In this document: one piece after another, positions 30,066 through 38,967 of the stretch | Layout: each line of letters begins with the position of its first letter | Numbering within the stretch: the first letter of the stretch is position 1 | Assembly (NCBI GenBank): GCA_963707655.1 | Contig: OY970172.1 | Location: 512,001-576,000, forward strand | Origin: an uncultured bacterium | GTDB taxonomy: Bacteria > Babelota > Babeliae > Babelales > Vermiphilaceae | Length of the DNA stretch: 64,000 nt | Reading direction: 5' to 3' | The notes under the pieces: model-generated | What the model was told of the DNA's origin: nothing | Seen by the model: only the letters and a program-made list of their open reading frames with translations | The model's database searches: none | Position numbers and translations under genes: made by a program

Positions 30066-30950
30066 ATGAATATTTTTCTTTTTATCGTGCTTATAATGAG
30101 CACATCTCTTGGCGCCATTTCAAATAAAGAAGGGTATGCTATGCAAATCCATGAAGGTAATTTGTTGCTACCCATTTCCCAGCGCCCAACTCCCTTCTAT
30201 TCTTTCGGTCAAACCATAGCAGATACAAACGATTTTTTGTTTTTTGAATCAATTACCGCTTTGGAAGGCAAACAGAGAGAAAAAGAATATATCAATTCGA
30301 TACCACAATTTCTCTATGCCCCGACTGATGATCTCGCGCTTTTAATCGTTCCCATGCAAGCGCTGAATTATAGGTTGAATAACTGCTCTTCATCAGGATT
30401 TGCCGATACCTTGGTACAACTCGAATATGCCTATACAAAACAATATAAGGAAACAAGTACAAAACGAGCGACTATTATTGGCGCTATTCAATTGCCAACT
30501 GGGTCGGCCCACAAAAACCCGCCAACCGGCTTTGGTTCACCGAGTTTCTTCTTCGGACTTACGGGTTATCGCACTGCAATTAATTGGTACTGCTATGCTT
30601 CTCCCGGCTGTTATCTGACCACGCCACGCAATGGCACTAAATTTGGCAATCAATTTTTGTATCAAGTAGGCGTTGGTCATAATCTTCATCATTTTAAAAA
30701 ATGGATCTTATTGCTTCTGATTGAAGGCAACGGCATTTATTCACAACGCGATAAAATTGATGGATGCATTAATCCCAATTCCGGCGGCAATATTTTTTAT
30801 GTTGGCCCCACCTTATTTCTTTCAAACAAACGTTTTATTTTCAAAGTCGGCATACAATGCCCAGTGGCTCAACATCTCTATGGGGCACAACCTCAAAACA
30901 GAATTTTAGCCGGTATAAGAATTGGGATTAAATTTACCAATGTTAACTAA
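30066..30950 (+). CDS. Putative outer-membrane beta-barrel transporter-family protein
   Basis: Signal peptide; SGFADTLVQLEY, LPTG, NPNSGG...VGP motifs; amphipathic strands. Confidence 0.6.
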   Translation: MNIFLFIVLIMSTSLGAISNKEGYAMQIHEGNLLLPISQRPTPFYSFGQTIADTNDFLFFESITALEGKQREKEYINSIPQFLYAPTDDLALLIVPMQALNYRLNNCSSSGFADTLVQLEYAYTKQYKETSTKRATIIGAIQLPTGSAHKNPPTGFGSPSFFFGLTGYRTAINWYCYASPGCYLTTPRNGTKFGNQFLYQVGVGHNLHHFKKWILLLLIEGNGIYSQRDKIDGCINPNSGGNIFYVGPTLFLSNKRFIFKVGIQCPVAQHLYGAQPQNRILAGIRIGIKFTNVN

Positions 30951-30971
30951 TATCGTTTATGGCTATGTGCA

Positions 30972-31538
30972 TTATTTGCGTATACTCTTTGCCGCGAGTG
31001 AAAGCATGATCCATGTCCAACCGGTAAAAATCATATCAACGCCCAGCAGCAATCCGAGAGCCCAAACTCCTGACACCGGCCACTGTTGCCAAATAAGAAT
31101 GCCCAAAATAGTGGTACAAATACCATTTATCAAAAGCCATAATCTGTGCGGCATCTGATTTAAAAGAGCAAAGATAACTTTTAAAATTCCCGATACAATG
31201 AAAAATATTGAGAGTACAAAGGTTAAACTAATGGCGTTTATCACCGGGTTATATATCATGTAACAACCGGCAACAAGAGAGAGTACGCTTAAAAACATAT
31301 GAAGAAAAAAATTACTCCAGCGATTTAATTTAAACGCCTGAATTCCTTCAAAAACCCCCAGAATTATGAGCGCAACGCCAAGGTATATGACAGAAAAAAT
31401 AGTCGCCGTATATGCGTAATAAATTGCCAGACTTCCTAAAATTACCAGCCCTATGCCCAGAGCCAGATACCAGCCCCAATTTTCTTTTAATTGCTTAAGT
31501 GATAATGGATTTTTTTCTGCTGCAAAAATATTTTTCAT
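30972..31538 (-). CDS. HdeD/DUF308 family membrane protein
   Basis: NWGWYLALGI, about six TM segments, WPVSGVWALGLLLGVD. Confidence 0.85.
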   Translation of the reverse strand: MKNIFAAEKNPLSLKQLKENWGWYLALGIGLVILGSLAIYYAYTATIFSVIYLGVALIILGVFEGIQAFKLNRWSNFFLHMFLSVLSLVAGCYMIYNPVINAISLTFVLSIFFIVSGILKVIFALLNQMPHRLWLLINGICTTILGILIWQQWPVSGVWALGLLLGVDMIFTGWTWIMLSLAAKSIRK

Positions 31539-31852
31539 GATGATTTTTTCCTCACGATAATGGGGATAAACTTTATTCATATCATCTTATGAAAAATCAG
31601 GCACCATAATCAATACATGAGCGGTAACTAGCTGTTCTTGCCACTCATCCAGGCTTAAAATCTTGGAGAGGTTTCTCTGGAGAGTAGAATACCCTGCAAA
31701 CATCACCCCAAGAAAACCACGCTCTTTAGCTTGTTCTGTTGCGGTTTCCTTTTTATTGTTTGCCACAGTATTTACCACAGTAGTAGTCACCGAAAAATTA
31801 ATATTATATTTATAAGTAATGCTTTATTCATCATGTTTTTCACCACAATTTA

Positions 31853-32410
31853 TTATAGAGTTGATTGTATTTGAACATTAATTTCATTAATTTTATTGGT
31901 ACCCAATACCCAAACGGAAATCAGAGTGATCAATCGCATTTTCTCATATAACCTTCTAATACAATAAAATTTAATTAATGCTGTATCAAAACACTCATCC
32001 TCTTGTAGATTTTTCATAAACTCTTCGAAAAGCAAATTCTTTGCATCCGAATGTTTCATGAACATCTTTGTGTGATAAGCCAATTCCAAGTCGCTTCGCT
32101 CACGGGCTAATTCTTTACTAACTTGAGATTGAAGTTCCATTTTTTTCTCTTCATTATTTTTAATGTTAGCGGCAGCAACTTTTGCATTAATATATGCAAG
32201 AGAAAGATCATTAATTTTCTTTTCGATCAATGCAATCAGTGCCTCTTGTTCAGTTATTTTATTACCGAGATCAGTAAGTTGCTCCAATTTTATTACTAAT
32301 GTTTTAGTCAATTCTAATCTTTTAGTTGATTCTTCAATACGATCGGCGCTTTCATTTGCCGACACAGAGCTAGCACATAAAAGAACGATTAGAACCATTT
32401 TAAGATTCAT
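31853..32410 (-). CDS. Secreted coiled-coil hypothetical protein
   Basis: GAGG RBS, signal peptide, heptad-like K/E/L composition. Confidence 0.65.
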   Translation of the reverse strand: MNLKMVLIVLLCASSVSANESADRIEESTKRLELTKTLVIKLEQLTDLGNKITEQEALIALIEKKINDLSLAYINAKVAAANIKNNEEKKMELQSQVSKELARERSDLELAYHTKMFMKHSDAKNLLFEEFMKNLQEDECFDTALIKFYCIRRLYEKMRLITLISVWVLGTNKINEINVQIQSTL

Positions 32411-32802
32411 ATATATACCTCAAAAAATTATTTGTTGATTTAAAAAGAGTATGGATAAAAAACAAATCTATCGCATACGAAAAATTACTCGCATGTCGCA
32501 ATGAAAATGAGAGTAATAAATAATAAAATTTATGTTATGAAAGAATGTTCATAGAAAGCCCCTTTATGGATATTACTAAGTTGGATTAATACACTGCTTG
32601 CTTTCATCCACCGGCTCAATTTTTTGACGATTTATTGTAACACAAGAAAGAATAACGTGAAACAATAACAAATAACATTGAATAAGAAAAAATTAACAGC
32701 CCACAATCCCACAATTAATGTCAAAATGAGTTTATTAATTGCAATTTTTGCACTTCTTGTTAGTATGAATATATGATTATTCAACATTTTTGAAGGGAAA
32801 AT

Positions 32803-33267
32803 ATGTTCAAAAAAATAACACTGTTCATACTACTAACAAGCAGCATTTCATCAGTTGTGCATGCTATGGATGATTCTGTAAAACAAAAGGGCACAAACTG
32901 GATAAGCAAAGAGCTCCGTTATACCCAACACGCTCTAGAGAGAATGGAACAGCGTAAAATAACCGCGAAACAAATTAAACGTGTTTTACGAAACGGCAAA
33001 AGAAGCTGGGAAGATGACGGTTCTCGAAGGTTTACCGAAAGAAAAAATAAATTAAATCCTTTGATTGTTATTGCAAATACAAAAGTAATACCCAACATCG
33101 TAATAACGGCCTTCAAAAACGATCTTACTGTTACAAAAGGGATGGCTGTATACAATTCTTTAGTCGATCAAGAATATCGCCAAAAACAAAAAGCCGGAAA
33201 GAATAAAGATCTCATGCGCCAACACACTGCTAAAACCAAATCGCTCGGCAATTTCAAAAAAAGATAA
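32803..33267 (+). CDS. Secreted DUF4258-like protein
   Basis: Signal peptide followed by YTQHALERMEQRKIT...VLRNG...IVITAF. Confidence 0.75.
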   Translation: MFKKITLFILLTSSISSVVHAMDDSVKQKGTNWISKELRYTQHALERMEQRKITAKQIKRVLRNGKRSWEDDGSRRFTERKNKLNPLIVIANTKVIPNIVITAFKNDLTVTKGMAVYNSLVDQEYRQKQKAGKNKDLMRQHTAKTKSLGNFKKR

Positions 33268-33299
33268 ATCAATTTAAAAGATATCACTTCTATGTAATT

Positions 33300-33324
33300 A
33301 AAGGCTCCACACGGAGCCTTTTTT
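33300..33324. terminator. Intrinsic terminator
   Basis: AAAGGCTCC-acac-GGAGCCTTTTTT. Confidence 0.75.
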
Positions 33325-33336
33325 CTTTCTTGGTAA

Positions 33337-33444
33337 TTACTGTTTTGGTGAAAGTACTGCGAGCATCATTATGATGAACCCAATAATAAGACATGGTACC
33401 ACCACCATACAAAAACAGATCAAACTCGTATAAAAATTTGCCAT
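33337..33444 (-). CDS. Small single-pass membrane protein (35 aa)
   Basis: Translates as MANFYTSLICFCMVVVPCLIIGFIIMMLAVLSPKQ with a strong TAAGGAG RBS. Confidence 0.55.
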   Translation of the reverse strand: MANFYTSLICFCMVVVPCLIIGFIIMMLAVLSPKQ

Positions 33445-33596
33445 AGTGTTTGCTCCTTACTCTCTTCTTTTGTATATATGCTTCATTTGAGGTTGATTAT
33501 AGGCATAGCCATGGGCACGATGTCAACAACAAAAATTATTGTTGCATAATAATTATCGGCGCAGGCTATTCTTGTATACGTAAACAAGGAGAAATC

Positions 33597-34250
33597 ATGA
33601 ATTTTTTTAAGCGTATTTGGTCGATTATTATTTTATTTTTTCAATTAACAAAAGTTGCGTGGCAAATTATTTTTGGCGCATGGAGACTTGAGAAAGTGCC
33701 ACAACCAATTGTTACTATTTTTGGCGGGGCACATCTTGAAAGTAAAAATCCCTATCTGCTTTTAGCGCAACGCGTTGCCTCTCGTTTAATTGAGCTGAAT
33801 ATATCTGTCATTACCGGTGGCGGTTCCGGTGTGATGTGGGCAGCAAGCTGCATTATTCCTCCCGATGGCAACAAAGCTACTATTCTTGGCATTGGCGTGC
33901 GCGGGCTCAAAGAAGAGCGCAATGAGTGCGTGAAAGAGTTTTGGGTTCTTGATTATCTTTTTGCGCGCAAATGGCTCATGGTGCATTATGCGTCAGGATT
34001 TATCGCATTTCCCGGCGGCTTTGGCACCCTTGATGAAATTACCGAGATATTTACTTTAATATACGCTAAAGAAATTCCACGCGTTCCCATTGTTTTGGTT
34101 GGCGTGGAATATTGGAAAGATTTTATGATCTGGGCCAGAGGTGACGCAGTGCGTGCAAAGCTCATTGAGCCGGAGCAACTTGATCTTTTTATAGTGACCG
34201 ATGATATTGATACTATCGTTTCTCACATCACTACATTTTACGGCCGATAA
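33597..34250 (+). CDS. LOG-family nucleotide phosphoribohydrolase
   Basis: ITGGGSGVM, RK, PGGFGTLDE motifs; AAGGAG RBS. Confidence 0.9.
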   Translation: MNFFKRIWSIIILFFQLTKVAWQIIFGAWRLEKVPQPIVTIFGGAHLESKNPYLLLAQRVASRLIELNISVITGGGSGVMWAASCIIPPDGNKATILGIGVRGLKEERNECVKEFWVLDYLFARKWLMVHYASGFIAFPGGFGTLDEITEIFTLIYAKEIPRVPIVLVGVEYWKDFMIWARGDAVRAKLIEPEQLDLFIVTDDIDTIVSHITTFYGR

Positions 34251-35571
34251 GATAGCCAATGGCAGATAGGCACAGCGCAACGATCTCTTTTGGTACATAC
34301 ACCGGATACGTTTTTCCTAAAACAAACCCTACCAATCCACCAATCATTGCCCCCCATGCAGCATTTTTATTCAGATCTTGATAAAAATAACTTATCAAAA
34401 GCGGTATCAACAAGCAGCTGACAGAGATCTCATAGCTGCCAATAATAATGCCAATAATATTTTGTGGCACAAAATAAGAACTCACCAGAGCACCGGTACC
34501 AATCACGAGGGTGATCATTTTTGATATGGTTAATTTGTTGGTAAAGCCCAACGCTGAAAAATCAAAGTCTTGCGCAACATTTGAGCTGATGGCACACAGG
34601 AGTGAATCGGCCGTTGAGCATATCGCAGCAATAATACCGCATAAGGCAAATGCCACGACCACCTCATTGGTAAGATATTTTATAAAAGGAATCAAAGGAC
34701 TTGCATCTGGATTGACCACAATGCCCAAAATACGTGCTTGAATACCAAAATAAATAGGTATGAGTGCAAAGCACAACATAAAAATACTGGCGCCAAATGC
34801 AGATAACGCGGCAATGCGACCGGAACGTGCTGCAAAAAAGCGTTGGGCCAGATCTTGCTCAATTAAAGAAAAAAGAGCAGGCATGATTAAAATGCCAAAC
34901 ATACTTTTAAAGCCCAGAGAAGGCACGGCAACTGAAGGACCCGGAGTAAACAGATTGAATAGGGAAGCAGGATCTTGCCAGAGTGCATAGGCAAAAATGA
35001 GGACAAACACCATCATAATATAAAAAACCTGATAACGGTCAGTTTCTGCTACCGCATATAATCCACCCAAAGCAGCTCCGCCAATAACAAAGAGCCAGAA
35101 AAGAGCAAAAACATATTCGTTTGAAAAGCCCAAGCCGGCAATAATAGTGCGCGAGGCAACAATTTGGCCCACAAAAAGACCGCACAGGGTAACGATAGAA
35201 AGAAATGATGCTATTTTTTTGAGCGTCACAGAGTTATAGCGGGTCTCAAAGAGCTGGGCAGTGGTCTCTACACCAAGTGAGCGCAGACGCGAAGCCAATC
35301 CGCAACCCAGTATTACAAAGCCAATACTCATGCCCAGGGTATACAATATACCCCAAATACCTATCTGGTATGCCTCTTGACTGGTGCCCAAAAGCATGCC
35401 CCCCCCAAGCTGGGTTGCTATCAGGGTAAAAGTAACGGCGGTGAGGGATAAAGAGCGGCCGGCAAGGAAGTAATCGGTTGATGTTTGCACTTTTCTTGAG
35501 GCCAAAATGCCCAGAATAAAATAAATAACAGTAAAAACAACCAAAATAGAGATAAAAAGAAGAGAATTCAT
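34231..35571 (-). CDS. Sodium:solute symporter family protein
   Basis: DYFLAGRSL, QDLAQRFFAA, AAICSTADS motifs; many TM segments. Confidence 0.9.
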   Translation of the reverse strand: MNSLLFISILVVFTVIYFILGILASRKVQTSTDYFLAGRSLSLTAVTFTLIATQLGGGMLLGTSQEAYQIGIWGILYTLGMSIGFVILGCGLASRLRSLGVETTAQLFETRYNSVTLKKIASFLSIVTLCGLFVGQIVASRTIIAGLGFSNEYVFALFWLFVIGGAALGGLYAVAETDRYQVFYIMMVFVLIFAYALWQDPASLFNLFTPGPSVAVPSLGFKSMFGILIMPALFSLIEQDLAQRFFAARSGRIAALSAFGASIFMLCFALIPIYFGIQARILGIVVNPDASPLIPFIKYLTNEVVVAFALCGIIAAICSTADSLLCAISSNVAQDFDFSALGFTNKLTISKMITLVIGTGALVSSYFVPQNIIGIIIGSYEISVSCLLIPLLISYFYQDLNKNAAWGAMIGGLVGFVLGKTYPVYVPKEIVALCLSAIGYLIGRKM

Positions 35572-35828
35572 GCTATTCCTGACGTATAAAAACGGTAACT
35601 ATCATTATGACAAAAGTAGGGGAAGGGTATTATAGGGTACAATGACCATGATGGGCATGATGAAAGCGTGTGATTATATGGGATAAAATCAGGTCTACGC
35701 AGTGCCAAAAATATAGCATAAAAGCCCTTTTTAAGGTTTCTTAAAGAATCTTAACACCATGATAATATAAAAAACCTGCCATGAAAAGAAAGATTTTAGC
35801 CCATTCTACGACAAAGATTGTGCTTAAA

Positions 35829-35857
35829 TTGACCTAAAAAGCTTTTTAGGCTAGTAT
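35829..35857 (+). promoter_or_regulatory. Putative sigma70 promoter with palindromic operator
   Basis: TTGACC-17 nt-TAGTAT; perfect palindrome CCTAAAAAGCTTTTTAGG at 35833-35850. Confidence 0.5.
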
Positions 35858-35981
35858 TGTAATATGTTTGTTGTTTATACATTTCTTTTTTTAAGGGCCG
35901 TATCGAAATAAAAATTTAAATAAGCGGATGTACCGCTCGTTGTTGTCTAATAAACCTATTTTAATTTTAAAGTGATTTTTT

Positions 35982-36350
35982 ATGAATATTTACGTTGGAA
36001 GACTGAATCCCTCAGCTACAGAAGAAACCTTAAGAGAAATGTTTGAAGTATACGGCCAAGTAACCTCAATCAAATTGATTAAAGACAAATTTACCGGCAA
36101 CCCTCGTGGCTTTGGCTTTGTTGAAATGCCAAATGCTGACGAAGCACAAAACGCAATTGCTGAACTAAACGGCAAAGAAATGGGCGGCAGCCGCATTATC
36201 GTTAACGAAGCTCGTCCTCAAGAAGCTCGTGAAAATCGCGCTCCTCGCACAGGTGGCTTTGGTGGCAACCGTAGTGGCAGTGGCTTCGGTGGAAACCGTA
36301 GCGGCAGCGGCTTCGGCGGCGGACCTCGCTCCGGTGGTAACCGTTGGTAA
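35982..36350 (+). CDS. RRM RNA-binding protein with Gly-rich tail
   Basis: RNP2 IYVGRL, RNP1 RGFGFVEM, VNEARP, GFGGNRSGS repeats. Confidence 0.93.
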   Translation: MNIYVGRLNPSATEETLREMFEVYGQVTSIKLIKDKFTGNPRGFGFVEMPNADEAQNAIAELNGKEMGGSRIIVNEARPQEARENRAPRTGGFGGNRSGSGFGGNRSGSGFGGGPRSGGNRW

Positions 36351-36372
36351 GCTAAATCAGCTGAAAACTAAG

Positions 36373-36406
36373 AAAAGCCCTAGGAATTTATTCCTGGGGC
36401 TTTTTT
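36373..36406. terminator. Intrinsic terminator
   Basis: AAAAGCCCTAGGAA-ttta-TTCCTGGGGCTTTTTT. Confidence 0.75.
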
Positions 36407-36735
36407 ATTTGATTCGTATGGGAAAAATTGCTTTGCTCATGCTGATTCGTCTGCTGCTGGTTGTTGGATTGTCCCTGATGTTCCTGAGCGCTTCTTGGCT
36501 GTTGCTGATGCTGCTCTTTCATTGACTCTTCTTTGAGTCTGGCAAGAATAGCTTTATTTTTTGGATCTAAAAGCCATTGCTCGTCTCGAGAAACCTCTTG
36601 CACCGGCTCCAGAATTATTCTGCCATCTTTTTCATAGACTTTATAAAGATGGGACGCACCCTGCGCCAACTTTTTTGGAATAGTAATACGATTGCGGGAA
36701 TCAACTTTAACGTACATTGTTTCTTCTTTTTTCAT
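36388..36735 (-). CDS. AbrB/MazE/SpoVT-type DNA-binding protein with Gln-rich tail
   Basis: VKVDSRNRITIPKKL...DGRIILEP; GAGGTG RBS. Confidence 0.7.
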   Translation of the reverse strand: MKKEETMYVKVDSRNRITIPKKLAQGASHLYKVYEKDGRIILEPVQEVSRDEQWLLDPKNKAILARLKEESMKEQHQQQPRSAQEHQGQSNNQQQTNQHEQSNFSHTNQIKKPQE

Positions 36736-36820
36736 ACAACACCTCTTTTTTTCTATTAGTATATCTTAAGTGGGTAAGAAAAAATAAGAAAACACGGCAA
36801 TGCATGAAAAAAGATTGTAT

Positions 36821-37504
36821 TTACGCCGTTTTTTGCGCATCGATCCGGATGAGATCAATGAGAGGAATCTCATGATACCCACTAATTTTCAGATGGGCTT
36901 CTTTGACATGGTCCGGGTTGCGCGAGGTATTGATTCCTATGCAAAACATCCCCGCCGCCTTGGCGGCCGCTATGCCATGGGCAGAATCCTCTATGGCTAT
37001 ACAATGGGCCGGATCTATTTCAAGCTGTTTTGCCGCATGCAGATAAATTGCGGGATTAGGCTTTGCAACGTTGTTCACATGAGAGATGTTATACATGTGG
37101 CTGCCAAAAAAATTATCCAGCTTAAGCAGCTGGTTGGTGATGGTCAAAGTGGCATCGTTGGCGTTAGTTGCAATACTCACTTTCAAGTCAAGGGCAAGTA
37201 CCTGTTTATGGAACTCAACAAATCCTTCGATAAACTGTATGCCATTCGCATACAAATCACAGGCAAGACGTGTTTTTTCATGCATGAGCTCTTCAACCGA
37301 TTCGCTCAGATTAGCCATTTCTTTAATGATTTTGCAGCTTTGAGGCAATGCCATTCCGTTAAGCCTTGCTTGGAGCTCGGTCACCATTTCACTAGTCAGG
37401 TGGATACCGCGATTACTGATCAGTTTTTGCGTGCTGGAATTCCAAATATGTTCAGTATCGACAATCGTACCGTCCATATCAAAAATTATTGCTTTATATT
37501 TCAT
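36821..37504 (-). CDS. HAD-superfamily phosphatase (beta-PGM/CbbY-like)
   Basis: FDMDGT, ATN, KPNPAIY, IEDSAHGI motifs. Confidence 0.9.
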   Translation of the reverse strand: MKYKAIIFDMDGTIVDTEHIWNSSTQKLISNRGIHLTSEMVTELQARLNGMALPQSCKIIKEMANLSESVEELMHEKTRLACDLYANGIQFIEGFVEFHKQVLALDLKVSIATNANDATLTITNQLLKLDNFFGSHMYNISHVNNVAKPNPAIYLHAAKQLEIDPAHCIAIEDSAHGIAAAKAAGMFCIGINTSRNPDHVKEAHLKISGYHEIPLIDLIRIDAQKTA

Positions 37505-37605
37505 CTTTCTTCTCCTCTGGTAGACTAAGTAAGATGTTGCCTTTTGGTAAATCCATAGTATTGTAGTCTTCTATAAAGATTATTAAATTGTTATAAGGTT
37601 ATTAT

Positions 37606-38274
37606 ATGCTTAACAAGTTTCTCAACATTCGTAACTGCTCTTTTACCGTCCTCTTTACCAGCTTAATTAAATTTTCTTCTCTTTTTAAAGTAAGTTTTGT
37701 TGTTGGCTCTGCAGCAGCCTTTTTTTCAGCTACTCCTCTGCTCCAACCTCTTGCGGGTGTGTGGGGCGGTATACTTGGTAGTGGTATGGTGTTCTGTGCA
37801 AGCGCAGCTTTGCGCATGTTTATAGGTGGGTGGTCTCCATTCATACTTCTAGCATACCATGTTCCCGGCCTTTTTGCATCTCTTGCCTTGGCCTCGCGCC
37901 ATTGGGCCCTGCATCTTGTAGTGCCATCGCTGTGTATGCTCTTGTTTATTGCGCACCCGGTTGGCATGGGCGCATTTCCCTATGCTTTTTATTGGTTCAT
38001 TCCCATGATTCTCTATACCGTTCGCAAAGAAATCTTTTTCTTGCACGCTCTTTCAAGCACTTTTATTGCCCATGGTGTTGGCTCCGTGGTCTGGATTTGG
38101 GCACGGCCAATGACATCTGGCGCGTGGCTCGCGCTTATTCCTGTTGTTTTTGTTGAGCGGTTTATTTTTGCTCTTGGTATGACATTAATCTATGTAATGG
38201 TCACCTCCGTTCAGCGATATGCACAAAAAACAATAGCTCAAGGGAGCACCTCTCCCTTGAAAACAATGGAATAA
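37606..38274 (+). CDS. Integral membrane protein (possible ECF S-component-like)
   Basis: About six hydrophobic segments; FIAHPVG, STFIAHGVG and VFVERF motifs. Confidence 0.65.
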   Translation: MLNKFLNIRNCSFTVLFTSLIKFSSLFKVSFVVGSAAAFFSATPLLQPLAGVWGGILGSGMVFCASAALRMFIGGWSPFILLAYHVPGLFASLALASRHWALHLVVPSLCMLLFIAHPVGMGAFPYAFYWFIPMILYTVRKEIFFLHALSSTFIAHGVGSVVWIWARPMTSGAWLALIPVVFVERFIFALGMTLIYVMVTSVQRYAQKTIAQGSTSPLKTME

Positions 38275-38278
38275 GGTT

Positions 38279-38967
38279 ATGATAAACCATCTTGCCTGTA
38301 TTATGGATGGCAATCGCCGATGGGCACAAAAAAAGGTATGATGCCCTGGTACGGTCATGGTCAGGGAGCTGAATCGGTAAGAACCGTGATTCAGTTTTGT
38401 ATAGAAAATTCTATATCATATCTTTCTTTATACGCCTTTTCACTAGAAAATTTTAATCGCTCGGCATTGGAAAAAGAATATATCTTTTCTTATCTCATTA
38501 ACGAGGCAAGCAAGCAGCTTCCTGATTTTATTGCTCACGGCGTGCGGATACGCTTTGTAGGTGACCGCTCATTGTTTCCTGCACATGTGTTACCGGTATG
38601 CGAATCAATTGAACAGGCAACAGCATTGGGAGAAAAATTAACCGTACATGTTCTATTTTGCTATGGCGCGCGGCAAGAATTACTTGCTGCAACCAAAGAA
38701 ATTGCGCAGCGTGTTGCAGATGGACACATTAAAGCTGAAGATATCTCAGAGAACATGCTCAAAGAGCATTTATGGACCGGCGCTATTCCCGAGCCTGATT
38801 TAATTATACGCACCGGTGGCTTTAAGCGTTTGAGTAATTTTTTACTCTATCAGTCTGCCTATAGTGAATTATATTTTACCGATTGCTTATGGCCCGAGAT
38901 CACTGCCCAGCATTTGCATGATGCAATGGATAGCTATCACAACTATACAAGAAATTTTGGCGTATGA
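38279..38967 (+). CDS. uppS: Undecaprenyl diphosphate synthase, split by a -1 frameshift near 38329-38335
   Basis: 5' frame MINHLACIMDGNRRWAQK stops at TGA 38339; the -1 frame continues with YAFSLENFNRS, YGARQE, PDLIIRTGG.RLSNFLLYQSAYSE. Confidence 0.88.

Noticed and set aside
29879..30175. 99-aa N-terminal extension of UMP synthase in the ORF track
   Set aside because: It overlaps the divergent gene and AT-rich intergenic DNA; ATG 29878 has a good RBS.
35572..35820. Riboswitch upstream of the sodium:solute symporter
   Set aside because: No recognisable aptamer consensus by eye; an Rfam scan would be needed.
36800..37528. 242-aa + strand ORF
   Set aside because: It is antisense to a clear HAD phosphatase.
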